Origin: Nitrosopumilaceae archaeon
GTDB lineage: Archaea > Thermoproteota > Nitrososphaeria > Nitrososphaerales > Nitrosopumilaceae
Direction of reading: 5' to 3'
Assembly: GCA_041634015.1 (NCBI GenBank)
Contig: JBFJMG010000001.1
Coordinates: forward strand, 1 to 33,640
Length of the DNA stretch: 33,640 nucleotides
Position numbers and translations under genes: made by a program. The notes under the pieces were generated by a model. The model did no database searches, had not been told where the DNA came from, and saw only the letters and a program-made list of their open reading frames with translations. Positions 17,341 through 24,535 of the stretch are shown here, piece by piece (the first letter of the stretch is position 1; each line of letters opens with the position of its first letter).

Positions 17341-17350
17341 CTAACGTTAG
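17341..17350. promoter_or_regulatory. perfect 10-bp palindrome CTAACGTTAG between divergent receiver genes
   Basis: The sequence is self-complementary. It sits in the short region between the minus-strand receiver (16894-17331) and the plus-strand receiver (ATG 17369). Confidence 0.3.
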
Positions 17351-17368
17351 GTCGTTTGCTTCTTTTTG

Positions 17369-17866
17369 ATGCGAATTCTTGTTGCAGAGGATGATTTTAG
17401 AAGTGCTGATGTTTTTGAGAAACTTCTTGATATGAAGGGATATGATGTAGAAATTACTCACGATGGTTTTGAGTGTCTTGAAAGATACAAAAAAGAATTC
17501 AAAAACACTTCGTCTTGGAAGTCAAGGCCTAGCCCCTATGATGTTTTATTAATTGATTTTTCAATGCCTAAACTTGATGGTATTCGCGTTTCCCAAGAGA
17601 TAAAGAAACTAAATCCTGCTCAAAGAATAATTATAGTGACTGCCTATAGCAAGGATCTACTCCGGGAATTTCCAAAAGATTGTGGGGATCTACAGCTGAT
17701 TGAAAAACCAATCTCTTTAAGTAAACTAATAATTGCTTTGGAAGGAAATCATTCAGAGACAATTTCACAAAAACTCAAAAAAAGTGGATTAACTGAATGG
17801 GATACATTGGGGGATCTAGATACTCCGCCAATTGGACCAAATAGAACTGTATTTTATAAGAATTAA
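17369..17866 (+). CDS. response-regulator receiver with about 40 aa C-terminal tail
   Basis: MRILVAEDD, LIDFSMPKLDG, IVTAY and IEKP. The tail SETISQKLKKSGLTEWDTLGDLDTPPIGPNRTVFYKN matches no recognised domain. The track starts at the TTG at 17366. Confidence 0.8.
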   Translation: MRILVAEDDFRSADVFEKLLDMKGYDVEITHDGFECLERYKKEFKNTSSWKSRPSPYDVLLIDFSMPKLDGIRVSQEIKKLNPAQRIIIVTAYSKDLLREFPKDCGDLQLIEKPISLSKLIIALEGNHSETISQKLKKSGLTEWDTLGDLDTPPIGPNRTVFYKN

Positions 17867-17886
17867 ACAATTTAAGATATCATTGT

Positions 17887-18258
17887 TTATCCTTCGACCA
17901 AATGTAACAATGCCTTTAGTGTAAAGGGCTTTGGCATAAATTCCACTCCAGATTGTAGATTTATCTTTTTTAGAAGTTCTTTTCCATAAGCAGAAACATA
18001 CACAATTCGTTGGTCTGGATTTATCTCAAGAATCTCATTTGCAAGAGTGGCACCATCTTTTATTGGCATCGCATGATCAACAATTACAAGTTCATATTTT
18101 GAAACAGGCTGCAAATTTTCGTATTTTAATTCTCTCCTATACTGGTTTAGACATTGCAGGCCATTACGAGTTAGATTTAGTCTGTGTCCTCGTTTCTTTA
18201 GTATGGATGTATATGCCTGTGAGATTTTTTCATCATCTTCGGCAATTAAAATATTCAT
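17887..18258 (-). CDS. stand-alone response-regulator receiver
   Basis: 123 aa. Motifs are LIAEDD, IVDHAMPIKDG, YVSAY and MPKP. Confidence 0.85.
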   Translation of the reverse strand: MNILIAEDDEKISQAYTSILKKRGHRLNLTRNGLQCLNQYRRELKYENLQPVSKYELVIVDHAMPIKDGATLANEILEINPDQRIVYVSAYGKELLKKINLQSGVEFMPKPFTLKALLHLVEG

Positions 18259-18261
18259 GAT

Positions 18262-18660
18262 TTATGAAACTTCTTGCACTGGGGTGGGTTTTCTCTCAAC
18301 GATGTTTATCAAGGAGGAATAAGTCATTGGTTTTTGAAGTATTTCGAGCTCAAACTTTGCTGGAATTAGTTCTTTGATGAGATCCGGGCTATAAGCTGTG
18401 GCAAAAACAATTCTTTGGTTTGGTTGAATTTTGATAATTTCTTTTGCAAGTTCTGCCCCATTTACTTCAGGCATCATAAAGTCTACTATAATTACATCAA
18501 ATGGCGATGAGATTTTTTCTTCTATATTGGCACGAAATAAATCCAAACACTCCCTACCGTTTTTTGTGATGGTTACTTTATGTCCTCTCTTTTGTAATAA
18601 ATTTGAATAAAGATCAGAGATGGCATTATTATCTTCGGCAACAAGCACATTTAGTTTCAT
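18262..18660 (-). CDS. stand-alone response-regulator receiver
   Basis: 132 aa. Motifs are LVAEDN, IVDFMMPEVNG, FATAY and LQKP. It lies 3 nt upstream of the next receiver gene. Confidence 0.85.
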   Translation of the reverse strand: MKLNVLVAEDNNAISDLYSNLLQKRGHKVTITKNGRECLDLFRANIEEKISSPFDVIIVDFMMPEVNGAELAKEIIKIQPNQRIVFATAYSPDLIKELIPAKFELEILQKPMTYSSLINIVERKPTPVQEVS

Positions 18661-18780
18661 AAATTTTAAAAGAATTGTCTTACTATATGCAATGTGTTGT
18701 GCAAATTGAACAGGTTAAAAATTTTTTAATAATTATTTAGTTGTTATTACTCGTAAATATTACCCAAAAAAATTCTAGAG

Positions 18781-18789
18781 TATTTATAA
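18781..18789 (+). promoter_or_regulatory. TATA box (TATTTATAA) about 26 nt upstream of TTG 18811
   Basis: The box abuts the track start (TTG 18790), so the in-frame TTG at 18811 is the better-spaced initiation codon. Confidence 0.35.
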
Positions 18790-18810
18790 TTGCTAAAATG
18801 GATTTCATTA

Positions 18811-19809
18811 TTGTATTCCATTGAGACAAAATCATTGAGAAAAGTATTTGGAAAAGTTACAGCCGTTAATGACATATCTTTTCAGGTACAGGAAGGCGAA
18901 ATCTTTGGATTCTTGGGCCCAAACGGGGCTGGAAAAAGCACAACAATGATGATTCTTACGACTTTACTCAAACCTACCTCTGGACAAGCCTTGGTTGCAG
19001 GTTTTGATGTAATGACTCAGGCAAAAAATGTTCGAAAAAATATTGGTTTTGTTCAACAAGAGACGGCAGTTGATGAATACCTGACAGGACGTGAAAATTT
19101 GTTACTACAAGCACGGCTAAATCACATACCAAAAAATGAAATAAATTCCCGAATTGATGATATATTGAATCTAATCGAGCTTTCCGAAAAACAACATGAT
19201 CCGGTGGTAAGTTATTCTGGAGGAATGAGAAAGCGACTAGATATTGCAGGTGGCCTCTTACATATGCCAAAGGTCTTGTTTTTAGATGAACCAACCGTAG
19301 GATTAGATATTCAGACACGTAGAAAGATATGGGAATATATAAAAAAAATACATACCGAATTCAAACTTTCAATCTTTCTCTCAACTCATTACATGGAAGA
19401 AGCGGACAAACTATGCAATAGAGTTGGAATAATAGACTATGGAAAAATTCAGACAATAGATTCTCCCAAGACATTAAAACAGGCATTAGGCGATGAGATA
19501 GTATCTCTGACTTTTTCAGATGGGTTAGAAAAACAAGAACTCATTTCTCAATTGAATGAAAATTCCTTGGTTAAAAAAATTACAGATTCGGATGAGAAAA
19601 CAACTATTTTTACCTTTAATGGCTCACAACTTATTCCATATATCTTTCAAATTTCTGCAAAGATGAATATCAAAATCAATACGATCTCATTATCAAAACC
19701 AAGTTTGGATGATGTATTCATTTCTTTTACCGGCCGTGATCTTCGTGATGATGGAGGTTCTTATAATCGGAAACTAGAGCATGCAAAAATGAAGAGGTTA
19801 CGGGTCTAA
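18811..19809 (+). CDS. ABC transporter ATP-binding protein (ABC-2/DrrA-like exporter subfamily)
   Basis: Walker A is GPNGAGKST, the signature is YSGGMRKRLDIA, Walker B is VLFLDEPTVGLD, and the H-loop is STHYMEEA. The start is either 18790 (track) or 18811 (preferred, giving N-terminus MYSIETKSLRKVFG). Confidence 0.9.
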   Translation: MYSIETKSLRKVFGKVTAVNDISFQVQEGEIFGFLGPNGAGKSTTMMILTTLLKPTSGQALVAGFDVMTQAKNVRKNIGFVQQETAVDEYLTGRENLLLQARLNHIPKNEINSRIDDILNLIELSEKQHDPVVSYSGGMRKRLDIAGGLLHMPKVLFLDEPTVGLDIQTRRKIWEYIKKIHTEFKLSIFLSTHYMEEADKLCNRVGIIDYGKIQTIDSPKTLKQALGDEIVSLTFSDGLEKQELISQLNENSLVKKITDSDEKTTIFTFNGSQLIPYIFQISAKMNIKINTISLSKPSLDDVFISFTGRDLRDDGGSYNRKLEHAKMKRLRV

Positions 19810-20582
19810 TGTTATATGATACTTATACAATTTTTTGGAGAGAAATAAAAAGATACAAAAAATCTCGTAGCGGGGTTCTAATTAGATTAATTCAGCCTGC
19901 AGTTTGGATTATCGTAATTGGAAACACTTTTGCTGGAACACAGTCACTAATTCAAGCAGTTGGCTTTGAAGGCCAGTACATCGAATTTATGACTCCGGGA
20001 GTGATAATTCTTACTGCTATTTTTACAAGCATTTTTGGCGGTGTTAATACGCTGTGGGATAGGCGTTATGGCTTTATGAACAAGGCATTGACTTCGCCAA
20101 TTTCAAGATCATCTATAGCACTAGGAAAGATGCTTGCAATTTCCCTTATTGCAGCAATGCAGGCAAGTTTGATTGTTGGAATTGCACTTGCTATTGGTGT
20201 ACGCTTTGAGAACTTGCTAATGATATTTCCTATAATGGCAATTGTGATATTGTTTTCACTTGGCTTCTCTGGAATAAGTGTAACAGTCGCAGCAACGGCA
20301 AAATCCCAGGAAACCTTTTGGGGAATTATTAATTTTCTTGGAATGCCACTTTTTATGCTTAGTCCAGCCCTGTTTCCATTGGAGTTGTTACCAGATTGGC
20401 TAGCCTTTGCTGCTCAGCTTAATCCGGTTACATATACAATTCTGTTAACTCGGGGGTTGATGACTGGAGTCACCGAGGGGGTTTCAGCCGCATTTAGCAT
20501 AGCAGTAATTGCTGGTTTTGTTGTGATTATGGTGGGTTTGGCAAGCTATGTCTTTACACGCGAAGTCAATAAACCATTTTAA
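19809..20582 (+). CDS. ABC-2 type transporter permease
   Basis: 257 aa with about 6 TM segments. It has a 1-nt overlap (TAATG) with the ATPase gene and ABC-2 family-like topology. Confidence 0.8.
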   Translation: MLYDTYTIFWREIKRYKKSRSGVLIRLIQPAVWIIVIGNTFAGTQSLIQAVGFEGQYIEFMTPGVIILTAIFTSIFGGVNTLWDRRYGFMNKALTSPISRSSIALGKMLAISLIAAMQASLIVGIALAIGVRFENLLMIFPIMAIVILFSLGFSGISVTVAATAKSQETFWGIINFLGMPLFMLSPALFPLELLPDWLAFAAQLNPVTYTILLTRGLMTGVTEGVSAAFSIAVIAGFVVIMVGLASYVFTREVNKPF

Positions 20583-20659
20583 TTTCTAGTATTAAATTTC
20601 ACAAAAAAGGAGACCTGCTCATCAATTTTTAATACACACCCTATAGAATAAATAAAATA

Positions 20660-21214
20660 ATGAAGTCCAAAAAACTCGATGTTTTAACAAGCAAAAAGAT
20701 CTTACGAATAATGTCAAGTGAAAGTGCACGGAAAATTCTTGAAGAGACCAGCCATTCGGAGAAATCTGTTTCCCAAATAAGTGAGGCATGTGATTTGCCT
20801 TTAACTAAAACCTATAGGTGGATTAAAAAATTACAGGACTTGAAATTACTAGATGTCAGTGGGACCATATCCGAAGAAGGAAGAAAAGTAAAGTTGTTCA
20901 AGAGTCTGGTTCAAATGATAATTTTTAATCCCAGAGTTGGAAAAAATCCCGAAGTCGAGGTTCTTGGGATTGGAAATAGGCTAACCTGTAGCAAGTGCGG
21001 TTCAAAAAACTGTTCCTTAGAACTTAATGAGAAGACTGACAACTGGGAACACAAATGTAATGATTGTATGAACTTTTTTGTGCAAACGACTTCACATAAC
21101 CTAAAAGAAGAACAACAAAAAGTAATTTTATTAGAAGAGTCCACTACTCATAGCCTAAAAGAAGAGCAACAAAAAGTCATCTTGTTACAAAACCTCCTTA
21201 AAAATAAAAAGTAG
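20660..21214 (+). CDS. winged-HTH (ArsR-like) protein with zinc ribbon and duplicated C-terminal helix
   Basis: SARKILEETSHSEKSVSQISEACDLPLTKTYRWIKKLQDLKLL resembles a wHTH. The zinc ribbon is CSKCGS-x20-HKCNDC. The C-terminal peptide H[NS]LKEEQQKVILL occurs twice. Confidence 0.65.
   Translation: MKSKKLDVLTSKKILRIMSSESARKILEETSHSEKSVSQISEACDLPLTKTYRWIKKLQDLKLLDVSGTISEEGRKVKLFKSLVQMIIFNPRVGKNPEVEVLGIGNRLTCSKCGSKNCSLELNEKTDNWEHKCNDCMNFFVQTTSHNLKEEQQKVILLEESTTHSLKEEQQKVILLQNLLKNKK
21095..21187 (+). repeat. intragenic tandem duplication (54 nt period, 39 nt core, 5 mismatches)
   Basis: cataacctaaaagaagaacaacaaaaagtaattttatta (21095-21133) versus catagcctaaaagaagagcaacaaaaagtcatcttgtta (21149-21187). 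Confidence 0.8.
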
Positions 21215-21298
21215 ACTCATTTAACCTTTAATTAACTAGTGATTTTAGGAAAATTTCGTCTCGTATCAATTATCATTTCTGGTATACTGTCCCCTTTG

Positions 21299-21306
21299 AA
21301 TAAATA
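21299..21306 (+). promoter_or_regulatory. TATA-like box (AATAAATA) about 26 nt upstream of TTG 21329
   Basis: The spacing is consistent with a leaderless TTG-initiated transcript. Confidence 0.35.
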
Positions 21307-21328
21307 GCTAAAATGGATAATAACGAAA

Positions 21329-22024
21329 TTGCAGAAATTTCACGAAAATAAATTACAGTCCTTTTCAGAGGTGGCTGATCATCTTAAAAACCCGCTTACA
21401 CCTATCATGGGATGGGCTGACGTACTACAAGATTTCTCTATAATGGGAAATCTTACACCAGCGCAGCTCCGGGCAATTAAAGTCATTAGCTATAATGCAG
21501 GAAAACTGGATAACACTATTGAGAATTTGATTGATTCTGAAAAACTCTCAAAGGGACAGATGATTTATGAAAAACACAGTTTTAAAATGAATGATGTTTT
21601 TTCTAGCTTGTCTAGTTATTTCAAACTAACACTCACCGATAAAAAAATAATCTTGACAATTAACCAAGATCATCCAAAATTCATTTATGGAGACAAGAGG
21701 CGAATTGAACAAATTCTAACAAATTTATTAGATTTTGTTATTGCTTTACTTCCTGATAAAAATGGGAAAATCGAACTAAATGTTAAAGCAAAAGAACCTC
21801 AGTTTGAGTTCAGAATTCGATTTACTGGATATCGTCCTAACCTCGAAATTCAACAGATGCTCTTGAAAGAAGGTGGTGATTTTTTCTCTGTTCATGGAAC
21901 AAGCCATTTTGATCCACCCTTTGGTTTAAAAATTTCTAAAGGATTAGTTGAGGGAATGGGTGGAAAAATAGGATTTGATGAGGACGGAAATTCTCTTAGT
22001 TTTTATTTTACTATTTGTGACTAA
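21329..22024 (+). CDS. sensor-less histidine-kinase-like protein with degenerate ATP-binding boxes
   Basis: 231 aa with no TM or PAS domain. The H-box is ADHLKNPLTPIMGW, with no acidic residue after the His. An N-box-like TNLLDFV is present. The G1 box is replaced by RFTGYRP and the G2 box by PPFGLK. Confidence 0.7.
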   Translation: MQKFHENKLQSFSEVADHLKNPLTPIMGWADVLQDFSIMGNLTPAQLRAIKVISYNAGKLDNTIENLIDSEKLSKGQMIYEKHSFKMNDVFSSLSSYFKLTLTDKKIILTINQDHPKFIYGDKRRIEQILTNLLDFVIALLPDKNGKIELNVKAKEPQFEFRIRFTGYRPNLEIQQMLLKEGGDFFSVHGTSHFDPPFGLKISKGLVEGMGGKIGFDEDGNSLSFYFTICD

Positions 22025-22032
22025 AACATCAG

Positions 22033-22389
22033 ATGAATATATTATGTATTGATGATAATAGGGACATTACTGAGTTACTAGATAGAATTCTAACTGCAAA
22101 GGGTCATAAAATTACGATTTGCAACGAAGGAAAAAAAGGTTTAGAACTAATAAGAAAGGATAATTCTGATGTTATCCTCTTGGATATGGCGATGCCTCAA
22201 TTTTCAGGCGAAGATGTAATTGAGAGCCTATCAGAAGAGGAATTAGAAAAACAAAACATCCTAATCTTTACAGCATCAAGTATCAGCGATGCAAAAATCA
22301 GAGAGTATGAAAAAAAAGGTATCAAAGGATGTATAAGAAAACCCGTTAGAGTAGAAGAACTGGTAAATTCTTTGAAAAAATTTGAGTAA
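22033..22389 (+). CDS. stand-alone response-regulator receiver
   Basis: 118 aa. Motifs are CIDDNR, LLDMAMPQFSG, IFTAS and IRKP. It lies 8 nt downstream of the kinase-like gene. Confidence 0.85.
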   Translation: MNILCIDDNRDITELLDRILTAKGHKITICNEGKKGLELIRKDNSDVILLDMAMPQFSGEDVIESLSEEELEKQNILIFTASSISDAKIREYEKKGIKGCIRKPVRVEELVNSLKKFE

Positions 22390-22606
22390 TTAATTTTGTA
22401 CCTCGTGTGATAATTTCCAGTGCCTTTATGATGCAATAGTTGTAAACCATTTGTATGTTAAGACGGAAACTTCAGACTTACCCACCGTTAGTCTTTACTC
22501 GTACCGACCAGATCTAAGATAAGAAATTGGGTAAAAAGAGTCATTGTCTTGAGGATTCCGCCCTTAACTGGTTTAATTTCTCAATGGACCAAATTAATTT
22601 GTGCGG

Positions 22607-22639
22607 TTTTTTAAAAAATAAAGAAAAAAAAATTTTTTT
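22607..22639. terminator. bidirectional oligo-T / oligo-A tract
   Basis: ttttttaaaaaataaagaaaaaaaaattttttt lies just downstream of the minus-strand gene that ends at 22657. Archaeal termination typically uses oligo-T runs. Confidence 0.35.
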
Positions 22640-22656
22640 GGTTGGATTTTTGTCTA

Positions 22657-22917
22657 TTACAATTTTGACTTCATTTTCGATAGAGATCTTGCCACAATTA
22701 TAGTCAAAATTACTGCTGCAATTGTAACTACTACTGCATAAATCACCATAGGTAAGATTGCTTCTGCTGTACCAAATATCTCCTTGAAGATTGCTTTTAT
22801 CGCTTCGTTCCAAGCCAATGCTGCAACTAAACCAAATGCTGCAGTGATAAGTGCTGACATTTTGTCAACAATTAGTATTTTCATTGGAGGTTCTTTTTCT
22901 GCTTCTGCCATGTTCAT
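22657..22917 (-). CDS. small two-TM membrane protein
   Basis: MNMAEAEKEPPMKILIVDKMSALITAAFGLVAALAWNEAIKAIFKEIFG...VIYAVVVTIAAVILTIIVA. ATG 22917 is preceded by GGAGGTGATA, a strong SD-like element that overlaps the stop codon of the upstream RHH gene. Confidence 0.65.
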   Translation of the reverse strand: MNMAEAEKEPPMKILIVDKMSALITAAFGLVAALAWNEAIKAIFKEIFGTAEAILPMVIYAVVVTIAAVILTIIVARSLSKMKSKL

Positions 22918-22926
22918 TATCACCTC

Positions 22927-23097
22927 CTATTTTTTCATGTTTCTAAGACCAACTTTGACGGCTTTGTTTAAGACCTCAGAAAAACTTATGTTTTCCATCT
23001 TTTCGTTGATTTCTTTTGCCTGCAATTGTCTTAGTTTTTTTGCTAGGTCATCATCTAGCATGATTGTAATTCTTCTTGCCAATTCATATTGCCTCAT
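22927..23097 (-). CDS. ribbon-helix-helix (CopG/Arc-like) protein
   Basis: MRQYELARRITIMLDDDLAKKLRQLQAKEINEKMENISFSEVLNKAVKVGLRNMKK shows a beta-strand, helix, helix pattern. The ATG at 23097 is preferred over the track start at 23133. Confidence 0.6.
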   Translation of the reverse strand: MRQYELARRITIMLDDDLAKKLRQLQAKEINEKMENISFSEVLNKAVKVGLRNMKK

Positions 23098-23183
23098 CGT
23101 AATTTTCAATATAAGGGGTGATAAAATTATCAAAAACGGTACAATTTGGGACCATTTTATTACTAGATAGGCATACTTTACTT

Positions 23184-23276
23184 ATGCCAAAATTTTATGA
23201 ATGCAAGTACTGCTGCGAGACCATTCATATACAGAGCCTAGAGCGACACATAAAAGAGAATCATTTTTGGAATTAA
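23184..23276 (+). CDS. 30 aa C2H2 zinc-finger mini-protein
   Basis: MPKFYECKYCCETIHIQSLERHIKENHFWN (Y-x-C-x2-C-x11-H-x4-H). A TTTTATTA box (23155-23162) lies about 25 nt upstream. Confidence 0.35.
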   Translation: MPKFYECKYCCETIHIQSLERHIKENHFWN

Positions 23277-23285
23277 AAAATAAAA

Positions 23286-23396
23286 TTATTTTGCAAAGTA
23301 TAATTTTTCAGCGCATTTTAGTGAACAGAATTGATATGTCTCAGTTGGAGCTCCACAACACCTGCAATGCTTTATGAGGGTGGCGTATTTTGTCAC
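23286..23396 (-). CDS. 36 aa zinc-ribbon mini-protein (DUF2116-like HC-x-CCG...FCS-x2-C pattern)
   Basis: VTKYATLIKHCRCCGAPTETYQFCSLKCAEKLYFAK. GTG is the only available start. The family resemblance is from memory. Confidence 0.3.
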   Translation of the reverse strand: MTKYATLIKHCRCCGAPTETYQFCSLKCAEKLYFAK

Positions 23397-23496
23397 ATGT
23401 AAATTACATCAAAATAATTCATAAAGATGAGTTTGGTTTGTCCCAGTGTGATAATTGTAAAATCCCTTTTATACTAAAATAAAAAATTGATGGGCT

Positions 23497-24171
23497 TTAT
23501 CGGGCCACATCGAAGGAATTGACGAATTTTTCATAGTCATCCGTTGTTGAATCTACTGCTTTCACATGGACTATTCCTTGCTGAATCAGGGGTATTTTAG
23601 CTCCCGTTTGCAAGTTGTAAATTTTTGCCATAGAAAATGCGACAACAAAGTCTCCATCGGTATTATGAATTGGAGCAAAGTGACCTCTTAGAATTATTCG
23701 AAATTGCTCGTCAGAACCATCTAATGTGCCAGTTCCATGTAACCGAAGTTTACCATGAGCGGCGGTTCCCTTCAATTCTAGTTTAGCCTCTCTGTCTGCT
23801 GCAGAAATTTTGGCATCAGTGCTTACTTTCCAAATTCCATTACCTGCATGAATCGCATGACCATCTGTCATGTTAATTCCAGAGGTATATGCTTGGCCTC
23901 CTATAACTGCCCATCCGTTGGTTTTACCCTTGAACTGTAACTCAGCTCTTCTTTCTTGGGGCTCAACTACAGCATGATCTCTTGCCAAATCAGAATTTGC
24001 AATTGAAATTCTAGCATCAGTTGTTTGACTTGCTGAAAGTTTGACTCTGTCCGAACTTGCAACAGATGAGTCTTGTGCAAAGACATCTCCTGTGACAATT
24101 GGGACTAAGGCAATTGCTGCAATTATTGGAATTGCAAGTAGCAAAAATTTTTGTTTGTTTGTTTGAGTCAT
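23497..24171 (-). CDS. secreted or membrane-anchored hypothetical protein
   Basis: From ATG 24171 the N-terminus is MTQTNKQKFLLLAIPIIAAIALVPIVTGDVFAQ, which is signal-peptide-like. The mature part is beta-rich with a weak internal repeat (AELQFKGKT / AKLELKGTA). Confidence 0.65.
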   Translation of the reverse strand: MTQTNKQKFLLLAIPIIAAIALVPIVTGDVFAQDSSVASSDRVKLSASQTTDARISIANSDLARDHAVVEPQERRAELQFKGKTNGWAVIGGQAYTSGINMTDGHAIHAGNGIWKVSTDAKISAADREAKLELKGTAAHGKLRLHGTGTLDGSDEQFRIILRGHFAPIHNTDGDFVVAFSMAKIYNLQTGAKIPLIQQGIVHVKAVDSTTDDYEKFVNSFDVAR

Positions 24172-24253
24172 TATTAGACTCGAATCAAAAATTATACTTA
24201 AGGAACGAGAAGGAAAAATCAGTATCAATAATCAGTAACAATGATCAGTTTAC

Positions 24254-24373
24254 CTAACAGGCACCAGACCTAACATGAAAATTAAAACAGCACGTGCATT
24301 CATTTTTTATGCATTCCCTTTCTGGACCATGCTCGCACATCCCACACTCGCAATGTATTTTTTGAAATTTCAT
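24254..24373 (-). CDS. 39 aa Cys/His-rich mini-protein
   Basis: MKFQKIHCECGMCEHGPERECIKNECTCCFNFHVRSGAC, with 8 Cys and 3 His. It is below the ORF-track cutoff. Confidence 0.3.
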   Translation of the reverse strand: MKFQKIHCECGMCEHGPERECIKNECTCCFNFHVRSGAC

Positions 24374-24535
24374 TTCTAATTTTATTACGCAAATTTGATA
24401 CTTAAGCAGAAGCTATTTTCAAGTAAAATCTTCATTTTACTCTTATATTCTATGAGTAAAGAAAATTTAGAAACAGCTAATTAGTTGGATCTAATTTTCA
24501 TACGTTTTAAATGAGATTAAATCAATTAAAAAAAT

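Noticed and set aside
21095-21187. Tandem direct repeat considered as a CRISPR-like or minisatellite array
   Set aside because: There are only two copies, in frame, inside a coding sequence, with no spacer-repeat architecture. It is reported instead as an intragenic duplication. No CRISPR array is present anywhere in the window.
22421-22480. Possible C/D-box sRNA (atgatgc at about 22429)
   Set aside because: The C-box is imperfect (UGAUGC). No CUGA D-box lies at an appropriate distance on either strand, and there are no terminal complementary ends.
22541-23170. ORFs 22541-22813 (-) and 22784-23170 (+)
   Set aside because: They compete with the RHH and two-TM gene pair, which has an SD-coupled arrangement and recognisable folds. 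The 128 aa plus-strand ORF is an antisense shadow. The 90 aa ORF runs through the oligo-A/T terminator tract.
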